Source: Octopus sinensis
Lineage: Eukaryota
NCBI RefSeq assembly: GCF_006345805.1
Contig: NC_043000.1
Coordinates: 53,940,001-54,004,000, forward strand
Direction: 5' to 3'
Length of the DNA stretch: 64,000 bases
Shown here: piece after piece, positions 27,522-39,258 of the stretch
Layout: each line of letters opens with the position of its first letter
Numbering within the stretch: the first letter of the stretch is position 1
The notes under the pieces: generated by a model
What the model saw: only the letters and a program-made list of their open reading frames with translations
Database searches by the model: none
What the model was told of the DNA's origin: nothing
Program-made: the position numbers and the translations under genes

Positions 27522-30284
27522 TAATGATGCAGGTGTAGTGATGTTTTCCGGGTGATTTAGCCGTGCTTAGCTGTCACAAAACAATCCACATTTAAAGGCC
27601 GGTACTTACAGAGTTGGCGTATCCTTCAACAAATCTATACTTTACGCATGAGCAGATAATTAAAACTAATAGTACAGTAATTAATTTTGCCAGCGCTCTC
27701 TAAGTCGTTGTCTGTGAACAAATTTTAATGGCACAAAGCGCATTGTTTCGTGCATTTTGAATCTTATTTGAAGTGATGCGGAGGTGAGGCAAGAAAAGCA
27801 TAGTTGACAATAGATCAATATTTTGTATATTGCTGCTATCGTTTCTTCGAGTTAAGCTAAATGAAATTTTTAGATAATCGTAATTAATACCAAAAACAAA
27901 AAAGTAGTGTGTCAGTCTACTGATTTAGCCAACATTTGGTCATATGACGCAAAGGGAGCTACTACACAGCTGTTCAATCAGCAATCAAAACACGCTTCTT
28001 CTTACTCCCAGATTTAGAGAAATGTGCTACGTTGAATAAAATAATTCTTATATATATCGTTCCTTAATGAATATGAACATGATGGCCATAACTGAAATTA
28101 TTTCAACCGTAACTTTCATAGGGATTTTAACTTGGAAAGAAGAGTGTGTATATGTTTTGGTAATGGTAGTGTGGATGGAAGTGGTATAAACTTGCATGAC
28201 TGCAAATGTCAGAGCTTTTCGTAATACCAGCGATGAAAAGATGATTTAGATTGCAAACGCTGTTTAATCATTGGTTGTTGGTGTTCATGACATTAATGAT
28301 GCTAATAATGGGACAAGAGGGAGGGGCATTCAATAAAGATAGATTCTGTAGAGAAACATTACGATACTACTATAATCGTCAAAGACAGTGATGATGACGA
28401 CGACGACGATGGGAATAACGACGAAGACGATGATTATACACAAGATGATGACTGCGATGATCATGACTACAAGAGGGAGGAGAAATATCTCGAATATTAT
28501 GAAGCTTATAATAGTTTGGCTTTAATTTGATGATGAAAATGTTGACGAGGTCAAACTAATATTCAGTCTATGTAACTTACTTCCCCTTACACACATTAGC
28601 ATTCGGCTTGTTTTGCCGCTGTTTTGTGCGTTCTGACATTACTTATCAGTATGTGGCATAATAGATCTATTTATCTGAAGCGAATTCATTTTGTCTCATA
28701 TAACTAATGGATAAACCAGGAAGTGATAGTGTCGATATACTTTTGAAATCCCAATGTTTAATATCCGCTTGTTGCCAATCTCTCCTTTTCAAGAAGTCCA
28801 CCTTATATTCAAGATGTAATATCTGAAACAACCAATAGTTATTTAAATATATAAGATTTGCAAGTTTTCCTCCACGATGCGCATTATCAAATATGTTTAC
28901 AGCTATGCAATATGGTGATGAGCTTGTGTATGTATGTTTTATTTTGTGACTCGATTTTTATTGATATCATAGTTTCTTTTTCTGTTCTCTATCATTAATA
29001 GACATTTTGGAACTGCTTTTCAGAGACTAACAATTTACACATACATTAAGGAATAATTTGCCGGAAAATAGATTTCAACATGTCCATCCACTTCGAACTT
29101 AAAAATTCATTTGCCAATAATTTTAATAATGTTATCAAGCAGCTAGTTAAATATAGTGGCATAAGAAAAACATTTAAAGAAAACCAATATAATAAATACA
29201 ATTATCAAGCTGACGTAAAACATCTCATATATAAAAATGAATATCTAAATTTTTCTCCAATTCTAACATATTCCACAAAGAATCCATCGAAATTATTTGA
29301 GGTAATAAAACATCTTCAATTGAATCGTGGTGATTTTTTTCAAAAAAATGAAAGAATATTTCCATTTTGGGAAATAAGGAATTAAAAATATAGCTTTTAC
29401 CCAATTTATCTCGCAGAGGAAATTGGTAAGGAGTGAGAAAATATACAGGACCATATTAAATGTATTACAACATTTCCTAATTTTATAGTCCTTGTCCAAT
29501 TTATTTGCATTATTTCAGATATGTTGCAATACGTTTATTTCATGGTTGCTTCGAGTGGTTAATATACTTCTCTAAAAATTTCGATCTAGTTCTTATTTAA
29601 AAAAAGACAAAATAAATTGTATATTCACTACTGTCTTAAGATCGGTATAGGAAGTATATATATTTTTTTATATTCCTACGAGGACCTAATAACTTTGCTT
29701 ACATTTTTAATAACGTTGGTGAAATCACAATCACCACAATCGCATTGTTATTCGATTTATACATTAACCTTATGTCTACCAATGGGTTCAAAAACCCATT
29801 TCAGTTTTTTTCAGTTGCTTTTTCTTACCGTGTATATTATTTGATTCTGCTGATTTCTCGTGACTCTTATTTTTTCTTGTCTATTAATTGTCAAATGGGA
29901 AATTTCCATATGTTTAGAAAAGCTAAAAATTTCACTTCATACATTAATTACCGCATTGGTTCACTGGACCCTTAAATTATATTCAGACAATACTCCTTTC
30001 ATTCTAAATAGAATAAAAGCAGTATCAAATTTTTTTCCTAGATATTTATCAGACATAAAATAGATAAAATTATATTCAATTTATTTGCTGAAGTTTAGAT
30101 AAAAGAAGAAAATTTATGAAAATATTCCTGTAAATTTGTATGGCATTGCATCACCTTCAATCCGCTAGGTTATAGGGTGGTGCAATATTTCCATGTGATG
30201 ACGCAATTCTTACAATATATTTCATCATCTTTCAGGAGAGTATAAATATGTGAGAGAGGAATATCTGCCTTTAGTCTGCTATCA

Positions 30285-31994
30285 CGTTTCTCAGGCTTTT
30301 AGTCTTTGTGTAAGTTATTTGGAGTTATTCAGGTGTGTTTATTCTGGTGTGTTTATTTCAAGTGAGGAGGTGGTGAGTTCGAATTCGTTGGAGGACGTGG
30401 AATAATTTTTTTCCTGAAAATGCAAGAACAAACTTACGCGCGAGCGGCAGGCAGAGGCTTGGTTGCCGGTGAGCTGGAGATGGAGGAGGTGGTGGTCGAA
30501 CAGAAGACTTTACAGAAGTATTTCGACAGTTTAAAGAGGGAGGGTGACTGCGTAAGAGTCACACCGTCCGAGGAGGAGGAAAGCAGTGCAGAGAAGCGTA
30601 CTATAACGTACAGGACGTGGTGTGTGGAGTCGAAAAAAATTGAAGTAGCGGAAATGAAAGAAGTAGAAGAATGTCTGAAGGAAATTGAGGGCGAACCCAC
30701 ATTTTTCAAAAGAGGAAAGAAATATGCCACGGTGGTGGTATATTTTGAAACAGAAAATGAGGCAAAAAAGAACGCAACAAGACTTTTGAAATCGGATAAG
30801 TGGACTTTGCTACCAAGTTACTGCGGAAGGAGAGCAGTGAGGATGAGAATCAATAGAATCTCACCCGAATTTAATATGGAAAGGTTGCTGGCAGCAGTGC
30901 TGTTTAACTGCAAGGATGATGTAGAAGTACTGAAGGTGGAGAAGTTAGCGGAGGTGAAATGGTGGGGATATACGGTGCAGGTTCTCGCACACATTACCGT
31001 GCGAGACCTGTAAAACATCCCGGAGGAGCTGGTCTACCCTGACGAGACGCGGCTCCGAGTTGTGGTAGAGGGAAGACCCCCAATTTGCTACAATTGTAAA
31101 TCAAGGGGCCACATGAAGGATGTGTGCCCGCGAGAAAAAACTAAAGCACCGGAGGTTGTGATGGAGGACGCGTGTGTGGAGGAGGCGAAAGAGGAGGAAA
31201 TACGAATGGAGGAGCGGTTAAGTGAGGAAGAACGAGAGAGCGCAGAAGAAGAAAAGACGGAAGACAGGAAGAGATCAAGGGTGGAATCACCACCGAAGGA
31301 TAAAAAAAAAGAAGAAAATTAAAAGCAAGATAGCAGAAGAGAGAGAAGACAAAGAACAGGAAGTAAAAGAGAAGGTGAGAGAGCGGCCAAGGACAGAGTT
31401 TGAAAAAGAATGGGAGACAAGAGTGAACGAGCAATTGGAATCGTGCAGATATGGAAGAAGGCCGACAGGAAAAAACTTGAAGGCAGTTGTAATGTATATC
31501 AAGAATACAGAAGTGGAGAAGAGACTTGTAGGTAAGAAAGGGTTGGTCAGGGTGAAGGTGAACCCAAAGCTGTATGGTGACGACGTGAAAGGCGTCATTA
31601 TAGACAAAGAGACCTATATAAAACTAAAAAAGATGTTTAATGCCATACACATAACGCATTATGTGCGGTATGATAAATTGCCAGATGTTATAGAGCAAAC
31701 GGACCTGTTGGATTATATGACGGACGAGCGTCTAATGTAAAAGAATTGTAAAATTTAAAGTTGTATTTTGATTATACGTAATGTTGACATGTAGAATTGT
31801 AAAATTATTGTAACTGTAAAATTGTATGTATAATTGTATTTTAAACGGAACTGCGAGTTGGGGGTTCGTAAGCCGTTCCATCTCATTACATCTAATTCAT
31901 TTTTTACTTCATACTTTATTTTTATTTTATGTTCCCCATGTCCCGTCTTGTAATGTCCCCCTCTTCGTAGCCCCTTGTGGGTAATAAAGAAATA
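30285..31994 (+). mobile_element. ORF1-only (RT-less) non-LTR retroposon, Tx1/L1-ORF1-like, with 12-bp TSD
   Basis: agtctgctatca is duplicated exactly at 30273-30284 and 31995-32006. 135-nt 5'UTR, one ~440-codon ORF, ~250-nt 3'UTR ending in AATAAA (31983-88) plus a short A-rich tail. No RT or endonuclease motifs. Confidence 0.85.
30420..31740 (+). pseudogene. gag/ORF1-like nucleic-acid-binding protein (RRM-like region, CCHC zinc knuckle, acidic/basic linker, unrecognised C-terminal domain)
   Basis: ORFs 30420-31013 and 31062-31322 are in one frame, split by TAA 31011-13. An extra A in the A9 run (31302-10) shifts into ORF 31222-31740. Zinc knuckle CYNCKSRGHMKDVC (Cx2Cx4Hx4C) preceded by VVVEGRPP. 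Confidence 0.8.
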
Positions 31995-32037
31995 AGTCTG
32001 CTATCAAGCTTCATATAGTAGAGTTGTGCTTTCCAAT

Positions 32038-33733
32038 ATGACAAGAGACGAAACCTTGAGTGCAAACGAAATATCGAAATGGTTACTGGAATTAGATGAA
32101 GAATGGGAAGAAGATAGTGATTCCTTCTATTGATCTGAAGATGATGGTGAAGGTGATTTTGTGCTTGACATTTTAGGTTTTGTGTTACCAGATGACAGAG
32201 ATATCTAAAAGCTATTTTCTGCAAGTCATCCAATTATGAATGAGCAATATGTTTCTAGAGGCAGACATGAAGTTTGGCATTCTAATCCTCTTACTGAAGC
32301 AGCGGTAAGAACTTCATCTTGCAATATTGTGCGCCAAGAATGTGGACCATCCTGTTTTCCTGAAAGATATACCGATAGCATTGAAACATGTTTTACTATC
32401 TTTATGCTCCAGAACCTTCTTGAAGTAATTCGTAAGTAGACAAATGTTAACAGTCACGTTCTTTGCAGAAACAAATCGAAGGAAATTGCTCACTCAGAAC
32501 TAAAGAAATTTATTGTACTGATTATTCTTATAAATGTTTATAAATCTAAACACGAAAACGTCACACAGTTATGGAGTCAAGAATATATTCAAAAAAATTA
32601 TGAGCAGGGAAATATTTCAACAGATTTTACAAGTATGGTATTTTGTTGATGCTGGTACGAGAAAAAGGAAAAAAGAGAAGTTATGAGAAATTAGAGCCCA
32701 CAAGAGAAGTATTTGAAGTGTAGAATCATAATTTGCAAGATGGACATGTTACAAGTTCATGCATTACAACTGATGAATAATTAGTTTGATTCAGATAGTG
32801 CTGCCCATTCCGGGTATATATTCCTTAAAACCAGGTAAATATGGAATTAGAATTTCAGCAATATGCGACAGTGAAACATCTTATGCCTGGAAAAAGCAAA
32901 TCTACACTGGAAAAGACCTAGTAAAAAAGAAGAGAGACAAATCAAGCTTCAAGAGTTGTTGAAGACCTTGTAAAAGAACTTGAAAAATACTGGTCGCAAT
33001 ATAACTTGTGATAATTTTTTTAAACGTTTAGGGTTGGCTCGAACGCTGCTTAGCGAGAAAACTATTTAGTTGGAACAATTAGAAAGAACAGAGTTGAACT
33101 TCCAAGTGCTTTCACAAATGGAAAAGAAAGAGAAATCAACTGCACAATATTTGGATTTCAAAATGATTCTATGATCCTGTCTTATTGTCCCAAGAAAAAA
33201 TATGTAATCGCATTTACAAGTACAATGCACTCCCAGACGTAAATTTATCGAAAACGTGCTGAAAAGAAACCTGAAGTTATTACTTGTTACAACAAAATAA
33301 AAAGAGGAGGAGGTACTCTAGATAAGATGTTAATGCAATACACTTGCAAAAGAATGACTCGGAGATGGCCTATGGTTATATTCTACAACATGATTGATAT
33401 AAGTGCAGCGAATGCTTACATTGTTGTTAAACAGCTTCACTTGCAAAGTTTCAAGGATAAAAGATGACAGTGCCTAATTCAGTTAGGAAAGGAACTTGCT
33501 GGAGTTAATGCTAAACAAGAACATGACAAACAATCTTCTAGTTCCGCTAACATTTCTCAACCAAACAAGAAAAGAAGACAATCTTCAAACTCCTTTGATA
33601 TTCCTCAGCCAAAGAAAAAAGGAAGTTGTTCATTGTGGCCCAAAAAATTCGTACCACATGTAAGAGTTGTAATATCCACGTTTGCCAAGAACATTCCAAT
33701 GCTGTCTGTTTTCACTGCCATGAAGAATTGTAA
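32038..33733 (+). pseudogene. piggyBac (PGBD4-like) transposase remnant
   Basis: Fragments GKYGI, NITCDNFF, GTIRKNRVELP, YN..K.G..TLDKM, TRRWPMVIFYNMIDIS and a Cys-rich C-terminus (C..CNIHVCQEHSNAVCFHC); many stops and frameshifts. Confidence 0.9.
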
Positions 33734-36000
33734 TTCAGTATTTTTGTAATGTTTTACAATTTGTAATATATTCTGTAAGCTGTATTATCTTAGTAAAATT
33801 TGTGAGAAACCATAATTTTTCATTAACCTGATAGCATATATAATATGGCTAAGAAATAGTGGGTAGTTTGAATAAAATATAATTAAAACAAAATATTGAG
33901 TACATTGGACCCAGTTGGTAATTAGTGACATACATATCCTCTGGTAGACCAAAGGTTAAAGAGCTGTTTGTCCAAAGAAACAAACTCATAAAATTTAATG
34001 TGGACATTTTCCACATTAAATGTGTAATATCTCAGATCATTATTACGATGTATATAATCAAATATAATATAAATTGAAACGATTCTGAAGGGGAAAAGAA
34101 ACTGGATTGTAGATTATGAAGAGACATCGTTTTGTTTGGCATAGATAGACGCGATTATTTTTTTATTTATATTAACAATATTAGCATGTATCAAGTGAAA
34201 ACGAGTCAGTGTATATGTGGTTACGTCACAACGATTCAGTGGTTATGTGGTTACTCGTCCTGCACGACATAGCACTGAAATATATTTAGAATTCTTACAA
34301 CAGTGATCAATGAGTTGAACTTAGATTGAAGGAAACCATTGTATAAATTGATTCATCACATCGATCCTATGTCAGCTCCTTAGGAATTGTTCTCATCCTA
34401 AACAATAACAATCACAACACAAATACAACAGCCATATCACCACAGCAATCCACAATGTGATACAAGAATTACAACATAGCTTCAATGAAATTTTCGACAT
34501 ATCCATCTCGCCACAATTTGTTGTTTTAAAGAAATTATAGTCGAACATTGTAAGATGCAAAAAGAGATTCATTTTATTGTAGTTTTGCTTTAGTGAATGC
34601 TGATTTTGCTGTGGAGCATAGAACAAGAATTACATAAATATCAAGTGCAAAATGTATGAATGCTGGACATAAAATCTACAAGTTTTCGAAAAATTGCTAC
34701 ATCCATGCATCATAAGTGAATGGAATATTATTTATGTCTGTGTTATGATTACGAGGCCTCCATTCTACGTTCGGTTCATTTCACATGCTATACGCATTAC
34801 TATCCAAAATCCCCCAGAATGATAAAATGAAAAAAAATATCATTTCAGACAGTGAAAACGATTCCGAATTCTTGGCGAATTAAAATTTGTTAAATTTAGT
34901 AAATTAGTTACTTAGCATCATTCATCATTAAATGTATTTAGTAATTTATTACCAAAAAAAGGATTTTTATTTGATATATATTTTTCAAATTCCTGATGTA
35001 AAAAATTCAGCCGTAAAAATATTTTTTATCAAACGTGAACAAAGTCGGTGAAACTAAGTTTTGTTCTGAATGCTAAAAAAGATATAAAGAAAAATTATAA
35101 AACTACTAGAAGAACAACAGTGTAACGCTAAAATTTTCAGTCTATTTAGAACAATAGATAGAAGCCATATAAATGGGATGTTTCTGTGAATTTCCATTAC
35201 TATAGTTCAAGATAAAAAAAAGTCTCAACGAAAATAGCTAAGCTATATCAAATTCCAGCTATTCTAAAACATATAAGCCAAGAATACATCATTATTTCTG
35301 TAAAATAAAACTGTCCGTGGCAAAATTATTACCAATATTTCTCTTTGTTTTCTTTCAGGAATATTTGTTTCAACATTAATTTTAATCAATTCTATTGAAA
35401 GTATTGTGTTTGGGTTTTTCATTATCTTCCAGGCAGACTGAGTCATTGTAGGCTTTCCATAGATATTTTCCGTAACTAAGAACCGATTTCTATGTTTAGA
35501 TGGACGTATAGATGCAGTTTTTATTCCTATACAGAGTTTCAGGTCTATGCTTTTGATGTTATCACCTCTACCAAACCCAACTTGCTTCAGCTGTTTCTTT
35601 TATACATTTATTACAGAAGCATACGATTTCGCATTTGTTGGAGAAGACAAATGTTCCTGTGCAACATTCATACATTTCTCAATGAGTAAAAGCATTATAG
35701 TGTTTCAGATTCAGCGCAGCTGCGCATTTATTTCTGCATACACACCCTCATTAATGTATATCTTCACCCACACATAACTGAAGATTTCGATTTTAGATTT
35801 CGGTGTAAAAGTGATTAAATATTTCAGAAATTTAGTATAGTATAGTATATTATAGTGTATCTGTAAACAAGAGGGACATGATTGAATCGAAACAGCAGTT
35901 TCAATAAAATATATTTCTTATTTATTTTACAAATGGTGGAGGTGGTGAGTGAACTTATGAAGGCAATGGTAACAGCAACAATACTGACACCAATAAGGAT

Positions 36001-36245
36001 TACTACTACTACTGATAATAATAATAATAATAATAATAATAGTAGTAGTAGTAGTAGTAATAATAATAATAATTATTATTATTATAATTATAGTAGTAAT
36101 AATAATAATAACAATAATAATAATAATAATAATAATAATGATGATGATGATGATGATGATGATAATAATAACAATAACAATAATAACAATAACAGTAATA
36201 ATAACAATAATAACAACAACAATAATAATAATAATAATGATAATA

Positions 36246-36315
<70 letters not shown>
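36001..36315. repeat. Compound (AAT)/(AGT)/(GAT)/(AAC)n microsatellite
   Basis: Directly visible. Confidence 0.95.
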
Positions 36316-36654
36316 TAATAAAGGTAAAATGTCCTTATGCAGTACCAGACAGTGGCTCAAACGTCTTTTTATCTTAACTGATTGGAAGTGTTATCATGTA
36401 CAATGTTTTTTCTAGTATAAACGGTGGGCTGCAACAAATATTCTGCTCAATACCACAGATTTGCTTGTCAGTCCTTTGCCTTTAACCAGCTGAGCATGTT
36501 CTTTGGTGGCTGATGATATGTGCATTTTTAATCACGGGCAGAAGTAGTGGGGTAAAACTATTGCAATTTATTGAGAGAAAAATCATTGGGGGTTTCATTA
36601 AGTCGCCTCTGGAAACATGGGTGTTTCGTTCAAAATCATTAAACAACCCTTAAC

Positions 36655-36880
36655 CTAGGACCATATGCGAGGGATGGGCTACTCTACCTGATGAAAATTC
36701 TAACTAAGCCCCACCTGCAAGATCATGCGCTGTTTATCTTGATATGAGATCACCAGGTCGCGCACACATGGTTGAGATGCCTGTGCATAAGACGGGTAGT
36801 TATGGGTATACTGGGTTTCATATAACTGTACTCCAGTGTCGCGTTGATGGTATGTACTGCTCTCTCACTGAATAATTATA
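36655..36880 (+). mobile_element. Dispersed repeat (SINE/LINE 3' tail ending in AAT repeats), copy 1
   Basis: Shares gctgtttatcttgatatgagatcacca.gtcgc.cac...atggttg.gatgc.tgtgc and the ctcact.aataat end with 43740-43892. Confidence 0.7.
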
Positions 36881-36919
36881 ATAATAGCAATAAAACACCA
36901 GGGGTTACGATATATATAA

Positions 36920-36937
36920 CATAATAATAAAAATAAA

Positions 36938-36993
<56 letters not shown>

Positions 36994-37021
36994 TAACAAC
37001 AACAACAACAACAACAACAAC

Positions 37022-37080
<59 letters not shown>
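36920..37080. repeat. (TAA)n/(CAA)n microsatellite 5' of LINE
   Basis: Directly visible. Confidence 0.95.
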
Positions 37081-37081
<1 letters not shown>

Positions 37082-39095
37082 TTCTTGTCTGTAAGTATGA
37101 GAATGTATAAAATAGCGCCTACGCTGCGAAACTTCTTGTCTGTAAGTATGAGATCATGGAGAACCACACTAATTTTGAACAGTGACAATAAATCTTTAAA
37201 TGTAGGTGATGTAAAAATTTCATGCGGCATTTTCCAGGGTGACTCACTATCACCACTCCTCTTTTGTTTAGCCTTGATACCTCTCTCAAAGTTGCTCAAT
37301 GACGCGCAGTACGGATATAGAATGTTTGATAAAAATATAAATCATCTCATTTACATGGATGATTCAAAGCTCTTTGCAAAAAATGACCAACAAATCTAGG
37401 GCTTACTAGCGATTGTTAAACAATTCAGTGATGACATCAGAATGCAATTTGGCCTCGATAAATGTGCAAAAGCTACCTTTATCAAAGGAAAAATGACAGA
37501 AAGATCTAACGTTGACCTTGACCAGCAGAATGTCATAAAAGAATTAGACCCAGCGGAGAGCTACAAGTACCTAGGGGTAATTGAAGGGGACGGAATAAGG
37601 CATTCAGTGATGAAGGTAAGGATCAGGAGAGAATGTTATCGCAGAGTAAGAGCAATACTGAAGACAGAGCTGAGTGCGAGAAACAGGATCGAAGCGATCA
37701 ATGCTTTAGCCATACCAGTCGTGACTTACCGTTTCAATATCGTTATCTGGTCAATTACTGAAATATGTAATCCCGACAGAAAAATACGAAGACTGTCGAC
37801 AATGCATAGAATGCGCCACCCTAAGGCAGATACAGAACGACTTTACTTGCTAAGAAAAGAGGGAGGCAGTGGATTTTACAACTGGCAATAACAATGAAGA
37901 CTGATACAATTGGTCTAGACACCTACCTGAAAAACTCTGAGGACTGGATGTTAAAACTTGTCTCAAAACATGAAAATAAGAAAGCCTCATGCTCAGTAAC
38001 AAAACAGGCAAAGGAATATCTAAGTGAATTCCGAATACAACAAATTTCGGATTTAGACATACAAGTAACAAGCACAGAAAAAGCTAAGCGCATGAAAACC
38101 CGTGCTAAAACTGTGGCCTTAGATATTCTGAATGATAAATGGCAAGAGAAACCTCTCTATGGCAAATACCCAAAGTGAGCGAATAATGCAGATGTTGACA
38201 AAACCCTGACCCATCAATCGTTAATGGCCTCTGGCTTAAAATCTGAAACATAAGGGTTTATCATAGCAGCTCAAGATCAATGCCTACCAACAAGAAACTA
38301 CCCGGCCAACATATTAAAGAACTGCAGTAGCCTAACATGTCGTGTATGCCAACAACAAAATGAAACCATTGATCATGTGGTCTCCAAGTGCAGTCTTCTA
38401 GCACCTACAAAGTATCTCAACAGGCATGATAGAGCTGCACAATATATTCACTGATAAATTGGCAAAAACCTGGATTTGCCCCATGAAAAAAACTGGTGGG
38501 AACACAAACCATCTCCAGTGCTTGAAAATGACCACATCTCACTCTGGAACTTCACCATTCAAACTGACAGAAAGATAGACGCGAATAGGCCAGACATCAT
38601 ATTGAAAGACTTCAGACAAAGAACATGCCTCCTCATTGATATGACTGTCCCAATCGATAATAACGTATTTGTCAAGACCTACCAAAAACTGAGCAAATAT
38701 AAAGATCTTAAAATAGAAATTAGCAAAATGTGGAAGCTGAAGACTAAAATAATACCTGTTGTCATAGGTGCCCTGGGAATGATAGCAAAAGGGGCTGATT
38801 ATTGCCTAACTCAGATACCAGGAAACCCCAAAATGGCATAAATTAAAAAGATAGTGCTCATAGGAACTGCTCATATCCTACGCAAAATACTTTTAAATTA
38901 ATCTCAAGTTTTAAAACAAACATAATTTTCGGTTTTTTTTTCTTTTTTGACATTCACTTGTACAACACAAAAAAACCCAAATATATGGCACACTAGGCAT
39001 AACAACAACATGAACTTCCAACCTGTTGTCTCTTGAGGTCTCTGGGTGAGACTTGGAGCCAACTTGTACAAATATAAAGCAAAAGTCAAACATAA

Positions 39096-39097
<2 letters not shown>
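37081..39097 (+). mobile_element. 5'-truncated Dong/R4-like LINE (RT plus C-terminal restriction-like endonuclease)
   Basis: GIFQGDSLSPLLF, HLIYMDDSKL, FGLDKC, YKYLG, CRVC...ETIDHVVSKC, RHD, NRPDIIL, IIPVVIGALG; flanked on both sides by (TAA)n; several stops. Confidence 0.92.
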
Positions 39098-39146
<49 letters not shown>

Positions 39147-39235
39147 TAATAATAATAATAAGAAGAAGAAGAAGAGAAGAAGAAGAAGAAGAAGAAGAAC
39201 AACAACAACAACACAACAACAACAACAACAATATT
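39098..39235. repeat. (TAA)n-(GAA)n-(CAA)n microsatellite
   Basis: Directly visible. Confidence 0.95.
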
Positions 39236-39258
39236 ATGAACGGGAAGGAAGGCGAAAA

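Larger units (their letters stand above)
29769..33955 (+). mobile_element. piggyBac transposon (decayed; ~2465 bp once the nested insertion is removed)
   Basis: TTAA at 29765-68 and 33956-59; TIRs ccttatgtctacca / cctttggtctacca (12/14); internal inverted repeats at 29942-29970 and ~33897-33926; transposase remnant inside. Confidence 0.9.
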
